Shown piece by piece: positions 20,315 through 31,464 of a stretch of 64,000 nt of DNA. A model generated the notes under the pieces. It had not been told where the DNA came from. It searched no databases and saw only the letters and a program-made list of their open reading frames with translations. The DNA lies in the NCBI GenBank assembly GCA_000002445.1, contig CM000207.1:960001-1024000 (forward strand), read 5' to 3'. Within the stretch, counting starts at the first letter, position 1. Every line of letters begins with the position of its first letter. Source of the DNA: Trypanosoma brucei (lineage: Eukaryota). Made by a program: the position numbers and the translations under genes.

Positions 20315-21841
20315 ATGTTTTGTTGCACCTTCACTCAAGCCTGCCGTGCCCAACCTGGTGGCGTACCCCGACTAGATGTGAGTACTGTCAAAAGAATGTT
20401 CCCTCCAGCGCAGGTAGCGCAATGGCCGCCGGGATATCTTCCGGCGTGTGGCGTCGCACACTTCCTGAGCCCCGATGGCGTCCCACTTGCTGATGTGATT
20501 GATTGCCACCGCGACATGAGGGCAGACCGCCGTTGCCAGCTTCAGCGGGATTTTGCTGCAGATTATACGATGTGGTGCCGGGCAACATTAATGGACTTTG
20601 TACGTCGCCTTAACGAGAGGGACCGACGTCGCATGAAGCGTTTTTGTATGCGCGACCGAACGATGCATGATGCTGAAGTCCGCGAGTTGCTCGGTCTTGC
20701 CCCATACGTAGCCCCACGAGCACAACCGTCGCAGGAAACTGTCGGTACTAGCGCGGCACCCAAATGGGGGAGTTGTTACGAATTCACCCCTTTTGCTGTG
20801 ACACAAGGTCACGCCATGCTTCCCGTGTCGCAGTGCAACGGGTCGGACGCACGTATGTACTTATCAACATTCCCACAGATAAGAAACATCATGCATACAG
20901 AGTTCGACAGCATGGGGCCCGCACGTGCCATAGCACTTCTCTCCGGTGATGATTTCTTTCCGACAGCTGAGTGTCTTCAGGAACTGGTGTTGTACCTCCG
21001 GAGCCGGGTGGGCGAAATTATCGCTGCGGAAAAGGCATTTCGCGGTTCCTCTCTGTTCACTGAGCGCGGTAGGGATGCCAATGACGGAGACCAGCATGAG
21101 GCCGATGCCGGTCAACCGTTCTCTCTTGATACACCTGTTGTTTCTTTTTTTGGTAACGGGCGTCTGGCGTGGTTATTAAACAACAGCGGCCTCCTCCCTT
21201 TCCCTGTGGTGCCTGTGCAACCGCCCGAGTACGCCGCGAGAAGACAGCGCCGCAACAAACATTTGCTCTCCCGTGATGGGTTTGTTTCAGAATTATTTGG
21301 GCATGGAGTACTTCCTGAAAGCTTCACTACCGTGTTTCCTTGCGAGACAATCACCGTCCCTGATGCCCTTCGCAAGTACCGCCCGTGTGTTGTGCTTGTG
21401 GAGCCGCATGTCGATAGGGACTGGTTGTGCGATCTCCGCGGGTTTTATACAACGAGGGAGGTGGTGTTGCTCGGGTCCGTAGACTCGCCAGCGATGTGCT
21501 CGTTTGGTTTTCCTTTTTTGTCTTTCGGCGTTATGGCCGGGCCCACTACCTATTGGGCATACAATGAGGCATTACAACGAGTGTCAGCAGCCGAGAGAAT
21601 TCAAATGCCTGTGGATCCACCACACGTGTCACAGGGCTATGCACGCCGTCCAATCGACAATATATCGTCCTACCTGATTTCTCCAAACGACTGCTATGCG
21701 TTTAGCTACCAGCATCGATGTCTTTCCTTCATTCGCAAGGAATACCCTATTTCCAGAGGGCGGTGCACAGAAGCAATATGCAACACGTCACCAGAGCTTT
21801 GTCCCTCGAATATGGTTGCCGGTGAGAAGCACCAAATATGA
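20315..21841 (+). CDS. Hypothetical protein (about 509 aa) located between arginine kinase copies 2 and 3
   Basis: Long ORF. The track start 20276 is a TTG and the first ATG is 20315. The true start could be a further downstream ATG. No recognisable domain. Confidence 0.55.
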   Translation: MFCCTFTQACRAQPGGVPRLDVSTVKRMFPPAQVAQWPPGYLPACGVAHFLSPDGVPLADVIDCHRDMRADRRCQLQRDFAADYTMWCRATLMDFVRRLNERDRRRMKRFCMRDRTMHDAEVRELLGLAPYVAPRAQPSQETVGTSAAPKWGSCYEFTPFAVTQGHAMLPVSQCNGSDARMYLSTFPQIRNIMHTEFDSMGPARAIALLSGDDFFPTAECLQELVLYLRSRVGEIIAAEKAFRGSSLFTERGRDANDGDQHEADAGQPFSLDTPVVSFFGNGRLAWLLNNSGLLPFPVVPVQPPEYAARRQRRNKHLLSRDGFVSELFGHGVLPESFTTVFPCETITVPDALRKYRPCVVLVEPHVDRDWLCDLRGFYTTREVVLLGSVDSPAMCSFGFPFLSFGVMAGPTTYWAYNEALQRVSAAERIQMPVDPPHVSQGYARRPIDNISSYLISPNDCYAFSYQHRCLSFIRKEYPISRGRCTEAICNTSPELCPSNMVAGEKHQI

Positions 21842-22260
21842 GTTTCACGGGGCATCAAAACTATAAAACACCAAAAAGTATCGACTTTTCATTAGCCCCT
21901 CTCCCAGTAATCCGTGCATTTTTTTTTTTGATACACCTGTCAATTAATGCGTGTTTCCGGTACCACATCGGGTGACAGTCATCGAATAAAACTGGCGATG
22001 CAAGTGACGGGATATTCTTCATTCACCGGCCGTACCCAAAGCGACTAAAGAAAAGAAGTTATAGCGGCAATGTGGCAAAAAAAAACAACTAAAGTCTAGA
22101 AAGCACAAAAAAATTTAACCACTGCATGTTGAAAAGTGTGGATTAACTTAACGTTTGTTCAGCGCGTATGTTCCCTCCTTTTCCTACTGCAACGCCACCG
22201 TTTTTATTAGTTTCTACGAAAAGCTAACAAATATCTACCAAACAAGAAAAAAAATTAAAG

Positions 22261-23331
22261 ATGGCTACCCGCGACGTTGCTGCCGAGTTGGAAAAGGCCT
22301 TTGCGAAACTGCAGGCTGCAAAGGACTGCCACTCGCTGTTGAAGAAATATCTGACAAGTGATGTCTTCAAGAAGCTAAAGGACAAGAAGACGAAGTTGGG
22401 TGCTACCTTACTTGATGTCATTCAATCTGGTGTACAGAACCTCGATTCCGGTGTTGGTTTATATGCACCAGACGCAGAAGCCTACACTGTGTTTGCCGAC
22501 CTCTTCGATCCCGTCATTGAGGATTACCACAACGGCTTTAAGGTAACGGACAAACAACCACCAAAGGACTTCGGTGACTTAAATACGCTGGTTGACGTTG
22601 ATCCGGAAGGTAAATATGTTATTTCCACCCGTGTGCGCTGTGGCCGCAGTCTCGCCGGTTACCCATTCAACCCATGCCTAACGAAGGAGCAGTACGAGGA
22701 AATGGAGTCACGTGTGCGGGAACAACTGAGCACAATGACAGATGATCTGCAAGGTACTTATTATCCGCTTTCTGGCATGACGAAAGAAACACAACAGCAG
22801 CTAATTGATGACCACTTCCTCTTCAAGGAGGGCGATCGTTTCCTGCAAGCTGCCCGCGCATGCGAGTATTGGCCAACTGGTCGTGGTATCTACCATAACA
22901 ATGACAAGACATTCCTCGTGTGGGTGAATGAAGAGGACCACCTGCGTATCATTTCCATGCAGAAGGGCGGGAACTTGAAGGAGGTCTTCGGCCGTCTTGT
23001 GAAGGCAGTGAACACCATTGAAAAAAAGGTGGAGTTCTCTCGTGATGATCGACTTGGTTTCCTGACGTTCTGCCCCTCGAACCTCGGCACGACGATCCGC
23101 GCAAGTGTGCACATCAAATTACCGAAACTTGGTGCTGATCGCGCTAAACTTGAGGAGGTTGCTGCAAAATATAACCTGCAGGTACGTGGAACAGCTGGTG
23201 AGCACTCTGACAGCCCTGACGGAATTTATGATATCAGCAACAAGCGCCGCCTCGGCCTATCGGAGTATGAAGCCGTAAAGGAAATGCAAGACGGTATCCT
23301 TGAGCTCATCAAACTGGAGAAGTCGAAGTAG
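22261..23331 (+). CDS. AK3: Arginine kinase, short isoform without targeting extensions (cytosolic type); 356 aa
   Basis: Core identical to AK1 and AK2 and ends 'LEKSK*'. Its 5' proximal 30 nt are identical to those upstream of AK2. Confidence 0.95.
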   Translation: MATRDVAAELEKAFAKLQAAKDCHSLLKKYLTSDVFKKLKDKKTKLGATLLDVIQSGVQNLDSGVGLYAPDAEAYTVFADLFDPVIEDYHNGFKVTDKQPPKDFGDLNTLVDVDPEGKYVISTRVRCGRSLAGYPFNPCLTKEQYEEMESRVREQLSTMTDDLQGTYYPLSGMTKETQQQLIDDHFLFKEGDRFLQAARACEYWPTGRGIYHNNDKTFLVWVNEEDHLRIISMQKGGNLKEVFGRLVKAVNTIEKKVEFSRDDRLGFLTFCPSNLGTTIRASVHIKLPKLGADRAKLEEVAAKYNLQVRGTAGEHSDSPDGIYDISNKRRLGLSEYEAVKEMQDGILELIKLEKSK

Positions 23332-24299
23332 TGCGTTTTCTTTTTCCTGATGGAACTGAAATGTACAGTTGGTTGAAAGGGAGACTCATGTTAGGAACAT
23401 TCTTATGTATCTATGTATCCATAACAGGTGGGAAAGGAAGAAACAAATGGGTGAAAATGTCCGTTGTCCCTCTGCTTCGTCAGCCTGTATTAATTGATAC
23501 GTGCTGATATCTCTTCTTTCTAAATCGTACTTTTTTGGAAGTGTCGGAAGTGTGAGAAGTTATTGGTGCTTTCAGGTACACCCACGCAACTGTAAGTGCT
23601 GGTGAGTAGATGCAAAGAAATATATGATTGGTTTTTGTATATGTGTGAAAATAAGGAGACTAGGGAAGTTGAAAGAGAGGGAAGATGCTCTGCTGCTGTC
23701 TGTTACTCGCGTTTTTTTTGCTAATACTTTTTTCACTGAAAGTGGCTTTGAAGGCTGCTTCGTTGTTCACGCTTATGCGTTAACGCAAGCACGCGCGCTC
23801 ATATCATATTAAGCAATATAATATATATGTATGTGAGTGTGTGTTTGTGTGTGTAAGCGACAAAAAGCGACTTTCTGGTATCCTTCGTTTTTGACTCGTT
23901 ACTGTTAGGAACCGAGAGCCTTTTCTTCATTTTCTGTTGATGGCTTTTTTTTTCTCCCCTTTTTTCCTTGTTTGTATGCACCTCTGCGATCCCAACATGT
24001 ATTCAATCCCTCCGTGTGTGTTTGTGTGTTCCCACCCATTTGATATGTATTTCGTCTTCTGCTGGTTTTATTTATTTATGTGCTTATTTTTTTTTGTTCG
24101 ATGGGAAATAACTGGGTGATGGAGAGAGTGAAAAAGAGGTGATGAATGGTTTGTTTGTTTGTCTTTCTTTTTTTTTTTTGTGAGGGAAGGGAAAGGGAAG
24201 CAATTTTTTCTCCTGCTTCCTATTTTGTTTATTTTGATAAAACGCCTTTTTTTTATTCCAGTGTCTGCTTCGTTCTTTGATTCATCAAATTAATCGGTG

Positions 24300-24470
24300 G
24301 TTGCGAGCATGTAGGCCTTTGGGCACTGCTCCCTCTGCCACCTGTTCTTTCATTTCACCCTGTTGCGTATTTTCTTCTTTACATCCTTTCGCTTTTCTTT
24401 TTTTTTCCCCCTCTTTATTATTTTTATGGTTTCGTTGTATGCTGCTTCGCCGTCACAATTGCTTAATTGA
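24300..24470 (+). promoter_or_regulatory. Polypyrimidine (CT-rich) tract upstream of the ABC transporter gene; candidate trans-splice acceptor region
   Basis: ctgctccctctgccacctgttctttcatttcaccctg...cttttctttttttttccccctctttatt; typical kinetoplastid pre-ORF signal. Confidence 0.4.
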
Positions 24471-24636
24471 TTGTTTCTGTGTAGAAAACAGTACCTAAGT
24501 TCGAAAGCTATCATCCCTTCTAAACCACAATCGCGTCCACACGATCTGCACTGTAAAGCAGCAGGCCGACGGAGAATAAGAAACGAAAAAGCAAAAAAAA
24601 AATAAAAGAGTATTCAGTGAGTGATACAAATAAGAA

Positions 24637-26577
24637 ATGCCGGATTCACCTGAAACTGGAAGAGCACCAATAAACCTCGAGGGTGAACTCTGCATGGAGA
24701 GGGTAGTGAACTACACTTGGGAGAACTTGGCCTTTCAGGTGCCCGCGAAGGACAGTGATGGGCGTAAGATAAAAAAAACGCTGATCCACAAGATGAGTGG
24801 GACGGCTTTGGGAGGGCGGGTCCTCGCAATCATGGGGCCATCCGGTGCCGGAAAAACTACATTGATGAGCGCCATCACGGGAAAACTGCACGGCACAGAA
24901 AAGAACCTTGAAGGATGTTGCTTCCTTAACAATGCGATATTCACAGATCGGTACAGGGCGGTCGTGTCTTTTGTGGCGCAGGATGATATTGTCATGGCCA
25001 TGGACACACCGTATGAAGCCACTTACTTTGCATGCCGCGTACGTCTCGGGTTGGGGCCTCGCGAATCAGAAGTCCTTGTGAATGAAGTCATTAACCGTCT
25101 GCACCTTGTAGAGTGCCAGGACACCGTGTTGGGTATTCCAGGACTTGTAAAGGGTGTGTCGGGTGGTGAACGGAAACGAGCTAATGTGGCCACGGCTCTC
25201 GTGGCAAACCCCTGTGTTATTGTGTTGGATGAACCAACCACTGGCCTCGACTCCGTCAACGCCCTTCGCGTGGGTCAGATGCTTCAAGACCTCGCAAAGA
25301 AGGAGAAGCGAACTGTTATCGCAACCGTTCACTCACCATCTTCTGAGCTCGTAGAGACATTCGATGACCTATTATTACTCTCTGAGGGTCATGTGGTATA
25401 TCATGGACCGAGGGAGGAGGCCACAGCATACTTCGCATCTATCGGTCATCAGGTGCCCCCGCGGACAAATCCCTGTGAGTACTTCATGGAACTCCTTCAG
25501 CTTCCGAAGGAGGAGTTAGAGGTGTTGTGGCGGGCCTGGGAACTTTATCTGACGACGCCAGCCGCGAGCACGAATCCCTGCCTGTTAAAGGTGTCGGGCC
25601 CCATTACGGAGAGAGACCCCTACCTGGAAGACCATCTAAAGAAAAAAGGATCCAGCTGGATTGTCCAACTGGTTGAACTTACGAAACGCTCCTATCGAAT
25701 GTATCCCCGCCACCCAAGCGCTGTCTTTGTTCGACTCGTGCAGACACTCTTCGTTGGTATTCTGATGGCCCTTTTCTATTTTCGGATTACTTTGGATCAA
25801 AATGGCGTGAAGGATCGTCTCGGTGTTCTACATATGGTGTTAATTAATGGCATGTTTTCGTCCGCAATGTACGGCGCCGCCGCTTACCCACCGGAACGTG
25901 CTGTGTATCTTCAGGAGCAATCCACCGACTCGTACAATGCGCTGACTTACGTGCTCGCAAAGTTTATCGCTGAGACGGCGTTTCAGGTTGCGTTCCCCAC
26001 GGCGTTCGCTCTAATCACCTACTTTACGATCGGGTTTTACGCTTCATTTTCCGCCTTTATGGTGCACTGGTTTCTGTTGGTGCAGTTAGCCCTCACAGCG
26101 TATGCCTTTGGTCTCGCCTTCGCAACGTTCTTCAAGTCCATCAACACAACCTACGCGCTGCTTCCTGTTGTGTTTCTCCCGCTCATTATAGTAACCGGGT
26201 TGTACGCCAACACAGAACGGTTGCACCCCTATTGGTCGTGGTTGATCGTCATTTCTTTCCCTCGTCACGCCTACCTTGGTGTCGTTATCAATGAGTTCAG
26301 CAGACTTGAAAAGATTTGTGACCCACCTGACCTTCACTGCCGCTATCCCGATGGTCAATCTGTCATTGAGTTCTTTAATTTTGACAGTTGGAGTTGGTGG
26401 AAGTCCATTGTCGTGCTCCTGGCGTATCAAGCTGTGCTTATCATCATCACATTTGTGTCCCTGCTCATTCAGGGGAAGCGAAGCAGAGGACGTTTAGTAT
26501 TCAGGAAGAATCTTGACTCCCGTAGCGACCCTGCTCAGACCGCTGCTTGCGCTGGTGAAACGGAAGAGGGGAAGTGA
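24637..26577 (+). CDS. ABC transporter, ABCG (white-type) half transporter with NBD then TMD; 646 aa
   Basis: Walker A 'GPSGAGKTT', ABC signature 'VSGGERKRANVA', Walker B 'VIVLDEPTTGLDS', H-loop 'ATVHSPS'. Followed by about 6 hydrophobic helices (ABC-2 type). Confidence 0.9.
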   Translation: MPDSPETGRAPINLEGELCMERVVNYTWENLAFQVPAKDSDGRKIKKTLIHKMSGTALGGRVLAIMGPSGAGKTTLMSAITGKLHGTEKNLEGCCFLNNAIFTDRYRAVVSFVAQDDIVMAMDTPYEATYFACRVRLGLGPRESEVLVNEVINRLHLVECQDTVLGIPGLVKGVSGGERKRANVATALVANPCVIVLDEPTTGLDSVNALRVGQMLQDLAKKEKRTVIATVHSPSSELVETFDDLLLLSEGHVVYHGPREEATAYFASIGHQVPPRTNPCEYFMELLQLPKEELEVLWRAWELYLTTPAASTNPCLLKVSGPITERDPYLEDHLKKKGSSWIVQLVELTKRSYRMYPRHPSAVFVRLVQTLFVGILMALFYFRITLDQNGVKDRLGVLHMVLINGMFSSAMYGAAAYPPERAVYLQEQSTDSYNALTYVLAKFIAETAFQVAFPTAFALITYFTIGFYASFSAFMVHWFLLVQLALTAYAFGLAFATFFKSINTTYALLPVVFLPLIIVTGLYANTERLHPYWSWLIVISFPRHAYLGVVINEFSRLEKICDPPDLHCRYPDGQSVIEFFNFDSWSWWKSIVVLLAYQAVLIIITFVSLLIQGKRSRGRLVFRKNLDSRSDPAQTAACAGETEEGK

Positions 26578-26930
26578 GAAACCGATTAACTTACTGGCTA
26601 GGAACTTTTTCGTTTGTGTGGAGGTGGCTCGGGGTGTTGATGTGGAAAGAGAGAGGGAAAGACAGTTCGGGAAAAGCTCAAACCCTCGTCCCCCAGTCTT
26701 ACCATTTTAATTTGTGTGATGCCCATTTCCGTCAGTTGCCCGTGTGATGGAGCGCTGGAAGCTCTCTCGCATGCGGGAGCAAGCAGTTATATATCTCTAT
26801 ATATGTCCATCTACTTGATAAAACGGCCAGGGACTACTGCAGTTCTGCAGTGTGTGGTGTCGGGCACAGCGTGGGGTCTTTGGGCTAAGCTTTAAGTTTC
26901 TATTATGGCACAGACAACTGGTAAAACGTG

Positions 26931-26933
<3 letters not shown>

Positions 26934-26965
<32 letters not shown>
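26934..26965. repeat. (TA)16 microsatellite in an intergenic region
   Basis: cggatatatatatatatatatatatatatatatatatgtt. Confidence 0.9.
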
Positions 26966-26968
<3 letters not shown>

Positions 26969-28385
26969 AATATATATTAATGTACATAGAAAATACTTCA
27001 GGTTGGCTATGGTTGCTGTATTGTTTTATCGTTTCGCTCCGTTTTCGTAATCTTCATTATTACTCTTTGGACAGGGGCTGTGCACCCCGTGAATGAGGAA
27101 AGTGCAGTTATACATCCCCACCCCCCTCACACCAAGCAAGATACCGAAAGAACAAATAATTTTTACACGATGACGGAGGTTTGAATGCTGACACTGTTAC
27201 ACCACTTCTTCAGTACCTTTACCACAGTGGTTCCTTTTGGTATGTCTGTTTTCTGCTGTTCATATATTTGTTTCGTTTATGTCTCGCGGAGGTGTATTTA
27301 GCGTGCATCTGTTTGACTCATGCGCGTTTCATAGCCTATTTCTTCCTCCAATATTCATCCGCGGCTCACCTGAAGTTTCACCTCATTTTATTCATTTATT
27401 TTTTTTCACTTCAATATCATAACATGTAACATTTTACATTACGTTCTGTATTGTTATTATTAGGACGCTAGTGAAGAGGAGGAGATGGGAAAGAAGTTGT
27501 GTGCGTACGGTAATGCATAAAAGAGAGGGGGGAAGGAACGGTTCTTTAAATTTCCCCCCTTTCTTCTTTACTCTGTTCCTATGTGTCAGGCCCCCCTTTT
27601 TTTACGTCGTTTACCTACTTGTTTATCTTTATTATCATGTTTCCTTTTCTCAAGGCAGAAAGTTGTAGGAAGAGGGAAGCAAAGGGGGAGGAAAATGGGT
27701 GAGGCGCATTTATTAGAAATATGCTTAAAAACTTCACCCATTTAGTATGATTGTTTATTAGTAAACGTTTGTTTCTGAGGTTTGTTGAGTACTAATCATT
27801 TATACATCCATCTATTTGATTACTTATTTATTTTGTTTTTCCCCCTTCTCTTCCAAAGTTTGTGCTTGTGAGGAAGCAAAGAAATAAATAGAATTGAGGT
27901 TACGGCAACGTGTGTATTTGTCTATGTTTTTACATTTGTTCCCAAAATTTATCACCTCTTTCCCCCATATCATCAGCAGCGCGCTGGTGTTGTGAATTGG
28001 TGTGGTGTCACCAAGTAATATAAACTGGTTTGCGTTGCTTCTCCTTCCGGTCGGTCTTCTGTTGTTCGCAAAAAATTAAATAAATAAATGGGGGAATATG
28101 TGAGGACACGAGGAGAACGGCACGCAATGCCGTTACGGACGAGATATGCCCCCTGTTTCGTTTTTTTTTATTTTTCGTTCACTTCACTTTTGTGCTTCCA
28201 GCATCTTTCCATGCATTACATCTTGATACATGTGCCGACGTAGATACATATGTGCATTCACCAGTGCGTTTGTGTTCCGTCGTTGTTATTCACATTCTGT
28301 TTTCATCTGAACTTTTAAAGGGGTGAGAGTGACACTTCTGAAAGTAATAAGTGGTTGTTGTTTTTTTTTTTTGTGGGGGGAGGGC

Positions 28386-29261
28386 ATGAGGTCGACATTA
28401 CCCTCTGCTCGTAGCGAAATTGCTCAGGCGCGCAAGGAGTTTTGGATAGCCCCCAGAGGGCACCTTGCCATCAATCGTCTCAAACCCACGGAGGTTCCGC
28501 AGAGTTTGTCCGTAATTGTGGCGACGAGTGTAGATGAGGTTCAACCTGTTGCATTCACTCGGCCTGTTGCATCCTTAGTTCCCAATGATACGAAAAGCAC
28601 CAGGATACACGGAATTGGGGCAAGAGGGGGCTCGGGGAGGCATGGAGCCATCCCTCCTCTTTTCAAGGCTCAAATATACGTTTGGAAAGACACCACAATC
28701 CGGGAAATATTCGAAGAGGTTCTACGGTCGACTCCAGCTGCAGCACTAGTTTTGTTGCCGCCGTCTTCTAGGAAGTCAGGGGAGATTACATCCCATACTA
28801 ATGATGATGTGAGCCCTGATGTCTCCGCGGAGGACCGGACTCACAAATGCGATAGTTATAAGCTGAATGGTCGCGATGGTACTGAGGACAGGAGGTACGG
28901 CGATGAGGCAAATGGCGAACATCCGGCTAAACGCGTGTGCACGGAAGCGCAAAGAGGTAATATGGAAATGGGAACACATAAGGGAGGCACTGCATCATTT
29001 TCTGCCGGTCAACATAGTGAAAGCGGCCGTCGGCCTGCCGCACCCGCTGCAAAAGTGTGTGTTTTTCATGTCTACGCAAACGTTGACAGAAGGGTGCAGG
29101 TGCAGAGCATGACGGTTCTGCGCACAGATAAGCCCTCCTTTCACACGGGAGATTTCTTAACAATGAAGGAACTCCGTACAACTCGTGGCGCTGAGAGGGG
29201 TTGGAGATCAGGTGATTTGCTAGTATTTGCGCCTTCCGTACAGCATTACTGCCCGCCGTAA
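28386..29261 (+). CDS. SAP18-like (Sin3-associated polypeptide p18 family) protein with a long internal insertion, about 291 aa
   Basis: 'QIYVWKDTTIREIFEEVLRSTPAA' resembles the SAP18 core 'QIYTWMDATLKELTSLVKEVYPEA'; a C-terminal 'FHTGDFL' resembles 'FQIGDYL'. The track start 28323 is a GTG; the first ATG is 28386. Confidence 0.4.
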   Translation: MRSTLPSARSEIAQARKEFWIAPRGHLAINRLKPTEVPQSLSVIVATSVDEVQPVAFTRPVASLVPNDTKSTRIHGIGARGGSGRHGAIPPLFKAQIYVWKDTTIREIFEEVLRSTPAAALVLLPPSSRKSGEITSHTNDDVSPDVSAEDRTHKCDSYKLNGRDGTEDRRYGDEANGEHPAKRVCTEAQRGNMEMGTHKGGTASFSAGQHSESGRRPAAPAAKVCVFHVYANVDRRVQVQSMTVLRTDKPSFHTGDFLTMKELRTTRGAERGWRSGDLLVFAPSVQHYCPP

Positions 29262-29867
29262 TCTCTATCTAGCAGTTGTGGGGGGAAATTGCTTACAGTT
29301 TCACTGATTGAAAGATTGCGACCGAATGGATAAAAACAGTTAATGTGGAATCATTTTTTTAGTGCCACTAAACGGTTGGAAGGTGATCTGAAGAGAGCCT
29401 AGGCTGTTTCGGGAGTGCGCACTTGCTTGTTCCTTTGGTAATAGGGAACATTAATGCTTTTCTAAGAAGAATATTGTAATTGTCGTGGACACGTGGCCCT
29501 TGGCACCTGCATATACTCTTCCCGACAATGCTCTACGGGGATCGCGTGGTTATTGTTTGATACGACGTAGCCCCTGCTCTACTCGACTTTAAAATGTCTT
29601 TCTGCGGAAACGCAGTTGCGTGCACACAGTGTCGTCTCTTCCTTCGTGATGTGCCCTTTTGTTGTCATGGATGTTGTTGATTTCATACCTCTATCACCAC
29701 TCCCGCTCTTCTACGTTTGAAAGGTAATAGCTACATACATTCTCGTTAGGCGTCTTAACTGTATTAACCAATACTATATACGAGTGTATATATCCTTATA
29801 TTATATTGCACAATATCCTATATACATATATTGGATTGACGTGCGATTGTCCCAACGCTCCATACCA

Positions 29868-30962
29868 ATGGCTGAGTATGACATTAATTTGGAGGAAGCG
29901 CTTGGTGCGGCAATAGAGGCAGCTCGTAAAGCAGGTGGTATCATGTGGGACTTCTACCAGTACCGCCGGGAAACCATTGCAACCATAGCTTCAAAAATGC
30001 AAAAAGATGCCTCTGACAGTGTTGATGTGTCGTCAGGCACCGAAGCGGTGAATCCCAGCGTCTCTCAGCTCCTTGACATAAAGGCCAAAACTTCAACCAC
30101 AGATCTTGTCACATATTACGACAAACTTTGCGATGAAGCGATAATGAATGTTCTTCAGCAATACTCGTCAACGGTTGAAAACCAGAAGCGCGGAGCAGGT
30201 TACACTTCGTTTCGCTTCGGTTTTATTACGGAAGAAATATGCCCTGATAAGCAACTGGAAGACGTACCGACTTGGATTGTTGATCCCATTGATGGCACTA
30301 TGTCGTTTGTGCATGGGTCGTGCGACTGCTGCGTGAGTATTGGACTCACCATAAAGAAGGAAACGGTCCTTGCGGTGATTTATTGCCCGTTCCTCCCCTC
30401 TATAAACAAAAACCCCCCAGGACCGACCTCCTCTGGCGTCTACGCTGGTGAGATGTACACTGCCATTCGAGGCCAAGGGGCCTTTCTCAATGGCAGACGC
30501 ATAGTCGTGCAGACGGACACTACTCAAGATGCGGCTATGGTGGTCTTTGGCTACCCAATGCGTCCCGTGCTATCGGCAGAGGAACGGGAGAAAAATAGCA
30601 ACGACCTGGAGAAAGCCAGAAAGGAAAAGCACTGCGAAATGTTAGATGCTGCAGCACATATTCGAAAGAAGCTTGCCATGTGTCCAGTCCAGGGACTGCG
30701 CAGTTACGGCGCCTGTGCACTCATTTTAGCTTTTGTTGCTTCGGGTCGGATTGACCTCTACATGGAGCCCTCCGGCAAGATATGGGACGTCTGTGCAGGG
30801 AACCTTCTGGTCACTGAGGCGGGGGGTGTCGTGAAAAATATATGGGGGGATGAGTTCGAAATGGAGCGGACAACAACAATCATCGCAGGTGCAAACGAGA
30901 AGCTCGTGTCTTTTGCCGCAGAAATCTGCAATGAGGTGAGCTATGGAAGATTTTGGCTGTAG
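29868..30962 (+). CDS. Inositol monophosphatase family protein (IMPase/FBPase-like fold), 364 aa, with lineage-specific insertions
   Basis: IMPase motif A 'WIVDPIDGTMSFVHG' and motif B 'WDVCAGNLLVTEAGG'. The track start 29784 is a GTG within a TA-rich stretch; the first ATG is 29868 (MAEYDINLEEA...). Confidence 0.85.
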   Translation: MAEYDINLEEALGAAIEAARKAGGIMWDFYQYRRETIATIASKMQKDASDSVDVSSGTEAVNPSVSQLLDIKAKTSTTDLVTYYDKLCDEAIMNVLQQYSSTVENQKRGAGYTSFRFGFITEEICPDKQLEDVPTWIVDPIDGTMSFVHGSCDCCVSIGLTIKKETVLAVIYCPFLPSINKNPPGPTSSGVYAGEMYTAIRGQGAFLNGRRIVVQTDTTQDAAMVVFGYPMRPVLSAEEREKNSNDLEKARKEKHCEMLDAAAHIRKKLAMCPVQGLRSYGACALILAFVASGRIDLYMEPSGKIWDVCAGNLLVTEAGGVVKNIWGDEFEMERTTTIIAGANEKLVSFAAEICNEVSYGRFWL

Positions 30963-31464
30963 ATTGGAGCCGGCCCCATAAAGGTTCTTTTGTCATGTAT
31001 CATCCTCCGTACGAAATCACACCAGCATTAACGAAAGCAAAACGGTTAGATCGTTTGCCGCCATTTCCATTTCTCATATATGTTGCTCTCAATAAACGCT
31101 TGCACTCCCATGCTAGGAGGAGAGTGAATACGGTACTAGAAAGACACACCTTCACGAACATCAAGATGACGAACTAGGGAAATCATCAGAAACTACTCGA
31201 CGATTGAGCAACAAGACAACGAGAAAGATGTCTGCCACCTTAAGTATAGCTTGTCTTTGTCCACAATGAATACAAAGAACAGACTAGACAACATAAGTAG
31301 AACACTCAAAACGACAATAATGCTGAGCGTGGCATCTCCATTACTTTTTCGAATCGATTATACCCACAATGTTATAATTCACCGCAAAATGCTCGAGCCA
31401 ATAGCATTACATTAACAAACGACAAAAATCCTCAAAATGAAGAAAAATGAGGTATTAACGAGTT

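Larger units (their letters stand above)
16207..23314 (+). repeat. Tandem array of three arginine kinase gene copies; about 1.07-kb cores are near-identical. The copy 2 to copy 3 spacing is 3755 bp and includes one unrelated gene
   Basis: Protein and nucleotide identity of ORFs 16116.., 18506.. and 22261... The conserved antisense shadow ORFs recur in each copy. Identity stops about 30 nt upstream of the ATG (copies 2 and 3) and at codon LIKLE downstream. Confidence 0.95.

Noticed and set aside
16722-23117. Conserved 103-aa and 75-aa minus-strand ORFs recurring in each arginine kinase copy
   Set aside because: Their conservation is a by-product of the three near-identical AK copies on the opposite strand, not independent selection.
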